Shown here piece by piece: positions 27,301 through 41,067 of a stretch of 64,000 bases of DNA. This DNA comes from Balanoglossus misakiensis (Eukaryota; Animalia; Hemichordata). Where the stretch lies: positions 5,048,137 to 5,112,136 of the forward strand of contig CM082595.2 in assembly GCA_040954595.2 (NCBI GenBank), given 5' to 3'. Under the pieces are notes generated by a model, which saw only the letters and a list, made by a program, of their open reading frames with translations, was not told the origin of the DNA and searched no databases. A program made the translations under genes and the position numbers. Each line of letters begins with the position of its first letter. Within the stretch, counting starts at the first letter, position 1.

Positions 27301-29955
27301 TTAAAAACAACACTCAAAAATCAGTGAATTTGTAATACAGGAAGTAATGACAGTTTCTGATAGAATATCTAAATGTCAGGATTGTTTTAACCGCAGTGAG
27401 AAGTTAGTTCAGGACTGGGTGGTTGTAACATATGGCTGTTGCTATGGAAACAGTAGTGTGTAATTGTCACACAAAAATAAGAATGAGACAATGAAGAAAC
27501 TCCGAATGTTGGTGAATTTAATAGTGAAATAATGGCCGCCTTATTGACAGAGATGAATTGTGGGGTTTTGTATTTGGTCGAATAATAGGTGTTTGTACCA
27601 AATCAATCTTGTAACGGCTGTGAATTTTTTTTCTCTCTCTCTCCGTGATCAGAGTTTTGGAGGAAATAAGTCAAAAACTTTGCATCTGGCCAGAACCAGA
27701 GGCAGGATTTCCCCCCGACTTCTGCATTCCTGTATGATCTGAGAATTGTATTCCGTCAGTTATTTCAGATGTACATTTCTCTCCCATCACAGAAGGCAGA
27801 ACCCCCCCCCCCCCCCCCTGGCTGAGTGGACTAAAGGATAAACAAACAAATTGGTCGCCCTCCATGTGAGGTGACTGGCATGAGACGCTGTGGGGTAACA
27901 CTGTGGTGAAACTTTGTTGACCTGCTAGGCACGTTATGGTTTCTCTGTCAAGTTTACAAGGCTCCAATTTCTTTCCTGTCTCTGTCTGATACCAGTTGAC
28001 CCAAAGAACCACCCTGTTTGTTTAAAGATGCCAAGTCATTAGCTTTTGACATATTTTTGTGTCATGCATAAAGTTACTTTTGGTTCGGATTGTCTCGAAG
28101 GAGACATACCTGTAGGCTGCTGGTTTGCTTCTTGACAATTTATAAAAAAATTCTGACATTATCACTTTCTGGCCTTTTCTGGCAAGTTTGATATGTCATT
28201 GTGGGCTGTCTGTCAGCCAAGAGTCTAGCTGTGTTGGTCCACCTTGGAAAAATGTAGTTTTCTCATGTGAAAATAGCCGCCTTAATTAAATGTGAGTTGG
28301 CAATCATTGATGTGATAAATCATGTAAAAACCTGGCTGTTTTGTGTTCATTATGTTGACATGATGACACAGTGGCCTTTAAACGCAGAAGGACAAGGCAG
28401 TAATAGTTTCATGTTCTCAAACATAATAAATTCTAGTCCTCCTGTAGATTCTCGCGGTAGTGTCCAGTGAATAAATTCAAGGTCGACAAGTAATTAAAGG
28501 AAATCGGTATTTTTTTATTCGGCTCGCCCAGAAAGATGTATTTTGTTTATTCTAGATACATAAGTATTTACTGTCGCAGTGTCTGCCCACTGATCAGACA
28601 GTGTCTGTGTACGATGCATAAATCGCGATGAAGCCTTAGCAACAGTGTAAGTGTACATAGTCGTTTATGAGTCCAATTTTAGCAAACGGTGCAATCTACA
28701 TAAATCTACCCGGTCTGTTGGCGGTTGTCAGTTTTTTATGATGGCTGTAGGTTTTTTTGAAATAGATCACGAGTTGACCCCTGACCTCTACTTGGCCGGC
28801 ATCCCAGATGGGGGGATGAGACGAACTTCACTGAGTCCGGAACTTTTTCGTCTCGATTTTGGCCGGCGTAGTTGCGAAATTCCGTGTTCATGTCGTGCGC
28901 TGGAAATCTTAAGACAAATAAGTATGAAAAAGCAAGGTGTGTTAATAACTTAATTGCTAATAATTCGTTGGCAGAGATTTTGATGAACGTAAATTCGCCG
29001 GCTGTATCTCTGTTGGTCTACCGCAGTGGTTCATCCTTAGTCAGTTCTGTATCAGAGTATCGTACAACTATCGGCCACGACCATCGGTCGACGCCGCCAT
29101 AAATGTTCACCGTCACGTCAACTGTCTTTCTTCACAGTCTCAAGATGCGTAAATCACTAAATGTAGCCAAATGGGATGTTGCACAAAACATCATAAAATT
29201 GATCAAAATGGAAAGCACTGTTGGGGTTAATGTATAATTTCAGCAAATGATTATTCTATACAAATACGTAAAACCCAAGCAACTGGTAGCGCACATCAGT
29301 GACCATGATATATGTCAGGAATTGATGAATACCTTTCAATGATTAACAAACCACTGACACTAAAATGGAAAGCCCTCGTACAAATACACCATTTTCATGC
29401 CATTACGCCTTGATGCATGAAATTGGAGAATATCTCTCTCATGAACATGAATGAATGGTGACCAGAATTTTGGCAGATAAGGACCGTCACCCTACAAGCC
29501 AGACAGGAATTTTAATTAGAGATATCTTAAACTGATAAATGTTTCAGTTCTTTACTCTATGAATGATTGTTTATAAATTTTACTTTCTGTGGTAAAAAAT
29601 AAGTACATTTTTGACACCACCAAGCTGAAATGGCATCTGTTTGTTTGCTTAATCTACCTTTACTTCCCTGCATGTATGTATGTACGCTTTCATTCTGAAT
29701 AAATTTTATCAACTTTTCACGTGAATTGGCTGGTTTCCAGTCTGCTGACTTGGACAGTGGATAAATATCATAACTGGTGGGTGGTATTGTTGGCTAAGCA
29801 TGGATCTTGATCGGTGAATTCGTGCCAATCTGAAAAAAATGAGGGTCTGTCGTTACATTATGGGAACTTTGTTGAGGGTGTTCGCATTTACATGTGTATG
29901 TTGGTTACGCAGAAATACATTATATAAAAAGAAACTTAGAAACTGCAAAGATGTA

Positions 29956-30149
29956 CTGTAAAACACTTTATTTTCGCGAGCAATAAATACGTGAGAGACA
30001 TAGCGTGAAAATAAAAAGTCTTGTAATTTTTTTTTGAAGATAACGATGCAGTGAATGAAATAAGAGAACGCGAAAATTAATACTCGCGAAACAGTGGCCT
30101 CTCTCGATATCGCGAAAATTTCCTGTCGCAAAAATAACCCGTTTTACAG
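29956..30149. mobile_element. Tc1/mariner (TA-target) MITE, 194 bp
   Basis: TA|CTGTAAAACACTTTATTTTCGCGA ... TCGCAAAAATAACCCGTTTTACAG|TA, with imperfect ~24-bp inverted ends and repeated internal CGCGAAA motifs. Confidence 0.75.
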
Positions 30150-30272
30150 TATTTATTTTGGACAAATTCTTGAGCTTGTCCAAGAAAAATGTGCTCTTGC
30201 CAATTTTAATTAGGTAAAATTCTGCTGACAGTTTAGCTATATTGATGATGTCTCTCTCTTTCTTCTCTTCAG

Positions 30273-30580
30273 CAGATGAAGAGCTAGAAGACGTTGACGA
30301 AATGTACGAGGCCGGTGAGACTGCACTGCACCACGACGACGACGATGAAGAAGCGTCGCCGAACGCGCGGCCCCAGCCAGATTCGCACCACCTGGAGCAG
30401 CCGCCCGTCTACATCCCCGAGGACGTGGTTCTCCCCGAACAGTTCGAGCTGCGCGAGTCGCGCATCCCCGGCGCCGGGCTGGGCATCTTCACCAAGGTGA
30501 CGCTGCACGCGAAGGAGAAGTTCGGTCCCTTCGTCGGAGTCGAGAGAACGATGGTGAAAGACACACAGTACGCGTGGGAG
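30273..30580 (+). CDS. PRDM16: Prdm3/16 (MECOM/PRDM16-like) coding exon 2: acidic linker and N-terminal half of the PR/SET domain
   Basis: Encodes ...PPVYIPEDVVLPEQFELRESRIPGAGLGIFTKVTLHAKEKFGPFVGVERTMVKDTQYAWE, which closely matches the PRDM16/MECOM motif YIP(E/D)DIPIP.xFELRES.xPGAGLG.W.K......E.xGP...GWE. It has a polypyrimidine tract with a CAGCAG acceptor (30270-30275, phase 1) and a GTGAGT donor at 30581 (phase 0). It is GC-rich with strong third-position GC against AT-rich flanks. Exons 1 and 2 total 345 nt, or 115 codons. It is probably the single pro-orthologue of both MECOM and PRDM16. Confidence 0.96.
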
Positions 30581-30727
30581 GTGAGTCGAGTTAAAGAACG
30601 CTTTCCGCGTACAGATACCGACGACGTCACAGAGTTCCATCACTTGCGCCTATGAAAACTTGTGTCAGTGTTGGTAAATTTTTTTCAGTCGCGTTGGAAA
30701 AGGAAGACCAACTTGCCACTATAGTTG

Positions 30728-30848
30728 CAGGGTTCTCCCCAATTTTCTTTTGAAATTAAATATGCAAATAATATTTAAATGATATGCAAATGTAATCAGA
30801 TATGCAAATTAGCCCCAACTCTGTGATATTTTCCTGGGGAAAACCCTG
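30728..30848. mobile_element. Possible hAT-like MITE remnant (121 bp) carrying three octamer motifs
   Basis: CAGGGTTCTCCCCA ... TGGGGAAAACCCTG is a 13/14 inverted match with CAGGG ends. No convincing 8-bp target-site duplication. Confidence 0.45.
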
Positions 30849-32467
30849 AGATGCTGAACTATCGCGTTTCAGAGCACTTTGTTGAAAACGCACTCTCATG
30901 CAGAAGAACATTTACCACTTCATTTGCCTTTGAAGATATACACAAAACAAAAAAAATAATTTCACAAAGTCCTCTGAAACAGATGCCAGTCACAAAAACT
31001 AACAAGGTGAGTAGCCAGGTGACCTTTCCGCGAGGTCACCGTGCTTCAGAAATGAAGTGAATTCTTGGCGCAAATCGGAGAGATAAAGCTCGCGATGACC
31101 GAATGCCCGAGGGAGGAGAACAATTAGGATTGTTTATTTAAAAGGACAACCGACCACCACTTTTGGAAATTCTTGTTTACCTTTCTTTTTTCTCCTCGGC
31201 TGGAATTCAATTTCACAGTCAGCTGTTTGTGTGCGCCAGTTTTAATTACTGCGATGGCGTGTATCAATGGGACCTTTTCATCGTGTGCAGACGACCATTA
31301 GAGGTATCCTGCGAACGATTTATTAGTCTGGGCTGGGGTCTTTTTGTCTGTTAATTTGCCTTCAATTAGGGACGAGGGATGGCAAGTGTGTTTTGCCCTA
31401 TCAGAGCCTTGCTTTCTTGAGGATTAGAGGATGCAGTCCATGGGACCGAAAGCCAACATATGTTACCCATCATTTTCTGACAAGTACAGATGTCAGACCT
31501 TGCCTACATAGACTGTAACCCGACGTTGACAAAAGATGTCCGAATTAGCTGCGTGCTGTGATATGCCTGGGCTGTGTAGTTTTTTCCGGTGACCGAGAAA
31601 AGTTTTCTGTTGTCTTAACTAATTGGTCTTTCATCTACCCCTCCTATCAATTATCAAGTTCAAGTTTATCGTTAAAAATAGAGGGAACACAGTCAAACAG
31701 AACTGTGATGGCAAGATAGCTGTTACATTAAGATTTATGAATACAATATGTTATTGATACCATTCATGATTAATTGCATGTATGAAGATTTCAACTAGGG
31801 CAGTTTCAGAACCATTTTACACCGCGAATCTTTGGTGGTGCGAAAAGCTGTATAGATTTTGAGTTTGGAGCAATGTACTCTCCAAGCTGTGCCTTTAATA
31901 ATAAAAGCATCAGGAGCTGTACCCGGCCAAAAATCCAAAGACAAACAGGTGCAGATGAGTTAAGCCTACAGCGAGCTGCGCGAGTATACCGGGGGTCTGG
32001 TGGTGACGCGCTGGCCTGAAACACAGCTCCCGGTTTAGGCTGAATTTTGATAAACTCTCGGATTTTTTTTTATGAAGCCACTTGCGTGAACCGCGGCTGA
32101 CCAGAACAAGTGAATTTACAAACAGGAGTGTCAGCTCGGTCAGACAGGGCCATTTGTCACCCGGTTAATCACCAGTAATAGGATATAATGAGGAAACGTT
32201 AATGAGTTCTGCGGGTCATTTGGTATTGTTTTATTTGGATCAGATATCAGGCAGCCCCCAAATTTGCGAAGTCGTAGATCATTCCGTGCGTGCGTGCCGG
32301 GCGCGGTGTCTGTCGATCGCTGCTACCGAAGCACCCCGGCCAGGCGGACATCTGCTTTCCGGGGGCAGGGGTTCAATTTCCGCGGCCAGTTTATGGTTGC
32401 CAGCCCTGCTCGCGTCGAGAAACTCTACCACTGCACAGTTTTGACATGTAGTAGTGATGCTAGTTAA

Positions 32468-32675
32468 AGGGACAAAGTCTATCTCTCGCTGCCCTTTTTC
32501 TGCTAATTATGTTTGATACAAGACAGTATGTTAATTATTCTACATGTGGATATATAGTGAATCAACATTGACCACACACAACTTCCATCCTGTTTGTAGG
32601 ATATAAGAAGAAAAATCTTGCCAAAAACGGTAGAGATTAATGGAAAAATGGCAGCGAGAGAGAGACTTTGTCCCT
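32468..32675. mobile_element. Kolobok/T2-like MITE, shorter copy (208 bp)
   Basis: Same terminal inverted repeats and TTAA flanks as 13481-13827. It has a full left arm but only about 40 bp of right arm. Confidence 0.88.
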
Positions 32676-33969
32676 TTAAGGCATACGACAAGAGACTCGA
32701 GACAATGCATTTTATCTCTTCAGAATTTCTACAGACTTCTTGCTGTCAGCTCACTTCTTTCAGATAAAACACTGACAAAATTTCCTGCGCGGTTGAGAAT
32801 TCGCATGTCATAACACGTTGCTGTATTGGCTTTTATGATCACTGATCGGTACTGTAGGGTACGATCTGATGGGAATATCGGCCGCATTGTACTCATAAAC
32901 CTCCCTGGGACCATAATTACAGCTTCTTTATCTGTGATCCAAAATGGCTGCCATATATCCCTATATAGTTCACTCGACCACTTGCTGACTATAGTCCAGT
33001 GACATTATCAACAAAAACAATTCTCTGTTTTCAGTTTGATAAAAACATATGTCAGAAAAGAACACCTGAGTCTATAACTCATAAAAACAATCGTAAAAAC
33101 CCAGAGCAAAAATATGAAGTGTGACTTATAAGCACAGGTATTAACTTTATCGTGCCATAAGGATAATGCAAAGTATTCTGACTTCATACAGAAGTCCAGT
33201 TATATTACCTAAAATCTAAGCATAGTGTTTCACAATTGTTCCAGATACTTTTTGCATTTTTGGCAGAATTTTTTGATAGACTGACCGTCAATGATTTAGT
33301 ATCTCCCAAATATGAAGAATTATAGTGAAGCCAACCAATTTGAGCAGTTATGTTGTCCTTTTTGAATTGTAGCTGTTTTATTTTCTGTGTTTGCTTTACG
33401 ACAGTCTCCAAACTCCAAGATGGCGCCTTATCAGTTTGACACGTGTCGTGACCTGCCGATAAGACAGTAGCAATAAAAGTGTGCCCCATATATTTTGTTG
33501 TCAATATGAGGTCTTCCAAAAATGACAGTTATGTAACAAAGTACACCACTGATAAAAAAGGAATTTTCAATTTATCTGGTAATTTGAATGCGGGAATAAC
33601 AGATTTTGTGTCAGTTGGTGGCAAAGGTGGTTTTGTATGATGGCTGGCTCTTTTGGGGTTGTCTGTTCTTTGTTATTGGAGGAGAGAGGTGTTTTAAGAT
33701 TTCTTGGACAGTGCGGGTAGAAATAGATATTGGAAAATGAAATTACAGATGGACAGACAGATGAAACCTGAATGTCCGGAAACAGGTGCAGAGAGTGACA
33801 GGGACAGATGGAAGGATTGACAAAGAGAGGGAGGGAGGGTGATGGGTGAGAGAATGACAGCAACAGATGGAGAAAGATACATCCAGGGACAGGTGGAGAG
33901 AGAAAGAGCGTAGTGGAGAAAGACAAAGAAGCTGGGTGACGTAAGTGTGGTCGAGTGACAGAAGCAGGT

Positions 33970-34021
33970 CAGGGGAGAGACAGAGATAGACCGATATAGA
34001 CACAGAGAAAGGGGGGAGGGG

Positions 34022-34057
<36 letters not shown>

Positions 34058-34170
34058 ATAGGCGGAGACAGACAGACAGATACAAAGATAGACAGAGAGA
34101 GAAAGACATGCAGTCAGACACAGACAGATAGAGACAGACAGACAGAGGCAGAGAGAAACAGTGACAGAGC
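33970..34170. repeat. GA/GACA low-complexity microsatellite
   Basis: Directly visible; purine-rich sequence extends upstream to about 33720. Confidence 0.9.
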
Positions 34171-37100
34171 TGTAGTGTGACTCGGACAATTTGACAAATT
34201 CTGACATCTGGAACAGAAAGATGGATTGGCAAACTTCAAGTAGAGCACTTCATCAATGCTGATGTCACTCATATCCTTTCAGAGGTTACTGTCAATTTTT
34301 ATATGGCCAAGGTCTGTTTGCCTGAGATTAGTTCAAATATTCCAAGACTACTGAGGAGCAGGATTGAACAAACATCTTTGTTTCCATGGATATTAATTAA
34401 AAGAAGGTCAATCGGGTAGAACATTTTAATTCAGAGTAGACATTTGGGTGCCAGCAATTAATCCAGTTTTATTTTGGAAGGCATGTTTAGGTTTGAATCT
34501 TTTCCTTCCCACTGGGGTATAAAGTAAATAAAAAATACTGAATCTGTGAAGTGTTATCGGAAAAAGGAAGACTTAGAATCTTGTATGAGTGTAAGAATAG
34601 TGGATTATTATTCAAAGTTATGTACCACAAACATTCTCGTGAAAGCTATAGAAGATCTCAAAAATGGAAAAATTAACTGCCCCCCCCCCCCAAAAAAAAA
34701 AAAAAAAAAAAAACTATAGAGACTAGAATCGTTGTGTCTGCTGTCAAGATTGGTTCTGTCATGAATCAGCTGCTGTGTTGGCTATAGAATTGTTGAAAAA
34801 CCGAAAATGCAGATCAATTAGGGAAACAAAAGTTCCCCACTTTTCACACCCCAATGGGAAATTCAGAATTATCCGAGACCCCAAAAAACCAGAATCCTTT
34901 CTGCCTAGGAACGGTTGTGGTCGGGGCCCGACGTGTGAAAGTGTAGACAAACGCTGATACATTTGAATAAAGTCATTATGAGCACAAATGGCGCAGTGAT
35001 CAAATTTATTATCCAAACAACGAGTTCAGCTCTAAGTGAATATTACTTACAGGCAGTGTGGGTATTACTCTTAATCAAATATGCATCAGAAATCCGACCA
35101 GATTTTTCGGAGCACCGCGATGACCTGTTGTGCTCTCTGGAACTTTCCAAAAGCGATCTCCTACCAGGTGTTCATACAAGAAAAGCGGTCGTTCCATCAG
35201 TTAACGTATTCATCCTCATGTCTGGCTCGACATTTAACATTCAGAACATTTTTCAAATGACTTAAGAGAATAAGAAAAAACACACACACCTTGATGACAG
35301 TGTCAGGTTTTATTTTCTGTCTCTCTGCGCTTTCACTGGATTATTGTCTGCGCAAGGGGAAAGCTTTGAGACAGTTCCTCATCCGGTGAGCTGAGGTAGT
35401 TTACTTTTACTCAGTGCCGGACTGTTATTTGTAATTTGAGCTGAAAAGTGCTAGTGTGCATTCTCGGACGTGGAGCTTTATCGCCAGTTGTATACATATC
35501 TGTCTTATCTTTGGGTCACTTCAATTCATGATTCTGGGTGAACTCAACAGAAATATATACAGACAATGGCCCAGTGTCACCTTGGCAGTGAATTTCTAAA
35601 TTTAGATACTGCGCGTGCTTCTGAAGATTCAAAATTTGACAGATTTAGTCAAAATTTGACAGACTTAGTTCAGTTTTGGAGGAGTTGAATTTACTGTCTT
35701 TTAAAAATCATGAAATGGAAATCATGAGTCATGTATCTTATTTGTTTGGTCAGAGAACTCGTGATATACTAAATTCAAAATGGCCACCATTTTTTTTTCT
35801 CAAAAGGACTCTATCCTATTTGTTGCTAAGGGTGAGGGTTGTGTTCATTCTTGGTGAAGGAGGGGGAGTTTGACGGAAGCAACAATTGGCAGGCTGTCTG
35901 TTTTTGTTTGAAAGCCTCAGATTGTGTATCAAGAGTTAAGAAGCAAACTTTTCATCTTGCGGGGCACTTTCAGAACTTTCTAAGAAGGAGTTTACAAATG
36001 GCACTGTAGCATAAATTGTTTTTCTGTAGAATTTGCTGAAAACGCACCATGAAGAGCTCAGGTGATTTGCGCGAAACCCGATCTGGCTGTTGGGTCATCA
36101 GTCCTAGCAATCGAGAAAAGAGAAATTTCTGTCGACAAGGATTGCATTACCACTTTCATAAAAAATGTTAATTTTCCAGCGGAAATGAATTTCTTCGCGT
36201 CCTTAAGAAAGAGCACCTTCATTGGAAAGCAAACATTCTTAACAAGATTCAGAGGTTGCATTTCAAGGTGTTTTTAGGAAGAACCCAGAATTGGGGGGAT
36301 CTGTCGGTGACTCGGAAGAATAGAACGACAACAAATCTCACATTCTCAAATAACACATTCCTCCAACACAATGTAGTTTATCCGTCAAGAGGTCAAGGTT
36401 CATTGTCTATGATAACAATCTGAGTACCTTTCAAAGACTTTTTCTCTTTCTCTCTCTCCCAAACACCTTCTCCGTTTACCACGACGACGCGTCTGTAAAT
36501 TCTCTAATCAAAACTTTCCCATCCTTTCCTCGTGTTTCAAGCATCTCTCTGCAAAGAAGGGGACAATAATCTCCATTTTTAAAGCAAAAATATAATTTAC
36601 TTTTAAATGGTAGAGAAATGACTGTGATCAATGAGTTTGGGTGCAAAATAAATAGATATTTTTGAGAAAACTTTGAAAAAAAGTCTGCATTTTGGTGGGA
36701 AGATAAGCGTTTTGTATCTAATGTGAAAAATTTCATAATCAGTATTCAGGGAAAAATGCTGATACTGGATATTGTATCCTGCATCTATGAGGAATATGTA
36801 ATAAAAAATACAGAAAAACTAAAATTATTTGATAAATATTTTAAGCTTTATTATTATGTAAAAGGTTCCCCCGTAGATGTGGAAGTTTTCTCAACACGGT
36901 TCAGTTTACCTAATGTCAGGATTATAGCCTGTATCACTCGTGATTCGAGAATTTGCATCAAAGCAAACTTTTTAGGTCCGCTCAGTTTGTAGGTTGTTCC
37001 CTTCTCTGCGTGGGGGAGGCTCTGCTTTCCAGAACAATTAGATGACATTTCAGCTGTAATGGACGCAAAATGAGCGCATTTTGGTAATTTTCCTGACGGT

Positions 37101-38224
37101 ACGACAACCCGCAAATGACTCTATTGTGAGTTATCCAAACTCCACTTTCCGCCCGCGCCAGGGGGTCCCACAGCGATGCCACTCAGAGAGATAAAAAGTA
37201 ACCCTATGTCAGAAGTGTCACACTCCCCCCGTCCAGGAGGATGACTGTTGCCATGGCGAATGACAATTTGCGGAGATCTGCCGAAGATGATTTGGTTTAA
37301 TCATGATTTTTGGCCATTATTTTATTTGCCATCATTCGGTGAATTTGCAGGCAGTTTGAGAGTATCAGATTTTGAGTTATTAAAATATCAGTGTTGGTAA
37401 TGAGCGACTCGCTGGTTTGAGAAAGCGATGCTGCATGGGAGATGGGGATGGAGAAAAAGTGAGTTTATCGACTGAGAGAGGTAGCCAGGCACAGAGAGTC
37501 GGAAAGAGGCAGGCTTAGCAGAAGACAACAGTGTGGTTGAAGTGAGAGGTGGGGGGGGGGGGGTACAGACATAAACAAACAAACAAAGGTGAACCAAGAC
37601 AATAATAGTACAGTAAAACCTGTCAAACTAAGAAAACGTTTCTGGATATTTTGGGGACGTTTGAGGTCAACAGATGTAAAGAAAGACAGTCATACAGACA
37701 GACAGATGAGGGGACAGCTGAAGTTGTTAAGGACTGTACGTTGAGTCACTTCCCAAAACACCCCAAGAGTGATGTCACCACTCGTATAATAACAGGCCTA
37801 GTTCTGATCGGCTGACCTTAAACTAATTCACTTTTCGCCGTCATAAAAAAGTCCACTCTTATCAAAGTTTCCCCCAGGACACTTCCTGTCCTAAAAAAAG
37901 CCACTGGTCACATGACCCAATCATCACTTATCAATATTGCGCCTGTATTTTCTGCTGCATCTTGTGGAATGCCGGCCATCTGTCGCTGGGTCCTGTGTTT
38001 AGTCTGTTTATTGGTGTCTTTATCTTTCCCCGGCTCCTCGTTTGGGTTCACGCGGAGAGAAATGGCACCAAGTGCAGAATGCAGTGTATTCTTCTTGTCT
38101 CTGTGAATTCAGATAGCTTTCACCAGATACTGTGCAGCTCTTGGGGGAATTTGATAGCCCAAACTAGTGCGCAAGTGTGTATTTTTTCTTAGTCTCTTTC
38201 ACTCAGTGTTTGTGTGTTGTGAGG

Positions 38225-38268
38225 TCTTTCTGTCTGTCTGTCTTTCTGTGTTTCTGTGTTACTCCATT

Positions 38269-38304
<36 letters not shown>

Positions 38305-38608
38305 TCATTCATTCATTCTTTCTTTCATTCATTCATTCTTCCATTCATTCATTTATTCATTCTTTCATTCATTCATTCATTCATTCATTCTTTCTTTCTT
38401 TCTTTCTTTTGCTTTCTGTGTCTCACTCAGTAACCCAGTGGGTGTTTTTCTGTCTGTCTGTGCCTCTCCAATTTTGCCCTCCGTCTGCCTGCCTGCCTGC
38501 CTGTCTGTCTGTCTGTCTGTCTGTCTGAAGGTCTATCATATCTTTTTCTTTCTGTTTCTATCATTTAATGTGTGTTATAACGTATGTGTCTTACTCTCAG
38601 TTTCTCTG

Positions 38609-38645
<37 letters not shown>

Positions 38646-38652
38646 TTCTGTC
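38225..38652. repeat. Compound TTTC/TTCA/TCTG/CCTG microsatellite
   Basis: Directly visible. Confidence 0.95.
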
Positions 38653-40982
38653 TCAAAGGGTTATTTGTTAAAAGAGTGAGATGCACATTGTAATTTGGCA
38701 CTTCCTAAATCTTTTGTTTTTACGGTTACACCCTACATGTACGAACAAAGGTCTGTTGTTTAACCCCACAGAAATGCCCCGGGTGCTGTACTTGGCCCTT
38801 TAAATATACAAACCAACATTACTAGTATTAGCTTCCATTTTGTAAATCATAATGATTAGAGGAAACAACTAGTGCATTGTGGGAAGAAAGATATGTGGGG
38901 AATGAAAGCGAGCAAATTTAACTGGCACCATCCAGGGTTATGTCGACCGCATTCAAAATAAATGAAGTGTGTAATTTGTCAGTGTTGGTCAAAGATATCT
39001 TGTATCGAGGTGTGTTACAAGCGGATTCATGTCCAGACTTGATGTCTGTCAGTGTCAGTGACATAGTTTGTGCCCAGTATTTCTGGAATATAAAACCATA
39101 TGGCAGTTATTTTTATTGTGGTGTAAATTTGTTATGTAATGGTGTACAATTTTGGCCCCAACGTGGGCCGGTGTTTTTTCGGTAGCACAGTTCTGGACCA
39201 AGTGTTTGGGCTTGATTCAGGTTGGGTGGGGGGTTTATGTTGAAAGTTTTGAATAAAATCAATTTTAGGTATGCCAACATGGGGGTGGGGGGGGGGGTGG
39301 GGGGTAGTAGACCACAACATTGGGGGGGGGTTATCACCAGTTTGCACTGTGCTAGCAGGTGGAATAGCCCTGGTGTGCGACAAGAAAAATTTTCATTTTT
39401 ACATCTTCTTTTTTTCCTCTCTCTGGTTCAATATTGGTTGCACCAGTCAAATGCTTGGTGGCTGTAGTGTGGGGGGAGCCTCAGGGAGAAAGTGATACGG
39501 GAGGGGAAATGGTTAGTGCTCTGGTGATGTTTGCAAGACCAACAGCCAGTTGTATGTTTTTTCTATCCCTAGGAAAGATTTGCCAGGACGCAGTGCGTGG
39601 TTACCGATCACGGAAACAAAACCCCTCAAAGATACAGCTTTGGTTCATGTGTCGAAAAAAGTCAAAAAGCGAAAAGCGACATCAAATTCTCCTGTCAGTT
39701 TCTGCCCGTTATTATTTTGTTCTCACGTGAAAGTGATTGTAACGGTTCAATTAGCTCAAACGCTTTGTAATTTGACGGTATTCGAAATGGTTTTTCTTGT
39801 TGTAACATATCTAGTCTCTTCTACTGGCAGCTGTTTTTTGTGCTGCGCTGAATTCAATTTTTTGTAAAATTGGCACTCTCGGTTCTCATCGATGGCTTTT
39901 TATTAATATTTTCTAAGGGGTGTGTGTGGATGTGTGTGGTGTTAGTCCGTAAACGTACTTGTGCCGTGTAAAAACATGTAAAATAAATCATAGGTAAATT
40001 GAAAGCTTAGGAGAACATGTTCTATCATGTCTCCTTTTGTAGGACGTTATAGTCGGGGTGGTTGCACTGTTCATAATTATGACGCTAAAAAGGGGTTCTG
40101 GTCTGTGTATACAAACAGTATTTCACAAAACTGATGAAAGCATTTATGGTGCTCATTTAGAGATAGAATTAAAATTGCATGAAAAATGGAAGTGGCTGTT
40201 TTGTGAGGAAAAAAATGCTTCATTTTTGTGTGTGAATCATGTTTCATCATGATACTAGGAATTAAATATCTTTTTATTGATTTTTTTGTGTGTAAGCGTT
40301 GTGGCCTGCAGTGGTTCAGCTTTTTAAACAAGTCACTCTGAATAGAAAGCTGACGATAGTTGTTACAGAGCTGTAGTGTGAAAATAGAATTGGGCAATGG
40401 TACGGTCTGGCTTGTGGGAAATTCTGTGGTTTTGGGGGGAAATGACAGAAAAAATGGTCTGCCGTTGATGGTTGGAATGGATTTCTGAATCTGAGTTTAC
40501 TGGGTGAAACTGCTGAGTTGGAAAAAATTGGAAATGTTAAGTTTGGCAAGATGCCTTATCAGGACAAGTTGTGAGAGTAAGCGAGGGGGGGGGAGGGAGG
40601 TACGGAGGAGATGGGAAAACAAGAATTAAAGAAATGAGAGGGATGGGGGGAAGATGGGAAAGATTTATTGGCTGATAGGATGTCATTTAGGTTCGCTGTA
40701 TTCCCATCTGCAGAGATGTCTTGCAGATGGGAAAGTCAAATTCAGGGATAAAGCCGGCATCAAGTTTCACTGTTTCCAAGGAAGGCAGGTTATCAGGGGA
40801 CGGAGAGTTCAAGACCAGCGCTTGGGGCTGTGTACTTCTTGGTCCACTCAAGAGCGAATGTGTAAATAATGACACTCCCCTCAAGGATGTATACATGTAC
40901 CTGATACCTCAGTCTTTTCAGCACCTGTTCTTGAAGCCAGACATACGTTACAAGTCGAATTGAATTTTAACCCGCCTATTAA

Positions 40983-41067
40983 CCCTCTCACTCCCAGTTC
41001 CCTCATTAGAGGTCCAACCTTACCATAGAAAACAATGGGTTTGGACTGAACCATGGTGACGAAAGGG
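40983..41067. mobile_element. piggyBac-like MITE, copy 2 (85 bp)
   Basis: TTAA|CCCTCTCAC...GACGAAAGGG|TTAA. Shares the internal AGAGGTCCAACCTTACCATAGAAAACAA.GGGTTTGGACTGAACCATGG with copy 1. Confidence 0.85.

Noticed and set aside
30284-30643. Antisense and alternative-frame ORFs over exon 2
   Set aside because: These are shadow ORFs caused by the GC-rich codon usage of the real exon.
30581-30655. Continuation of the 137-aa ORF past WE, and its apparent start at 30242
   Set aside because: This is read-through into intron sequence; homology stops at the GTGAGT donor and starts after the polypyrimidine tract.
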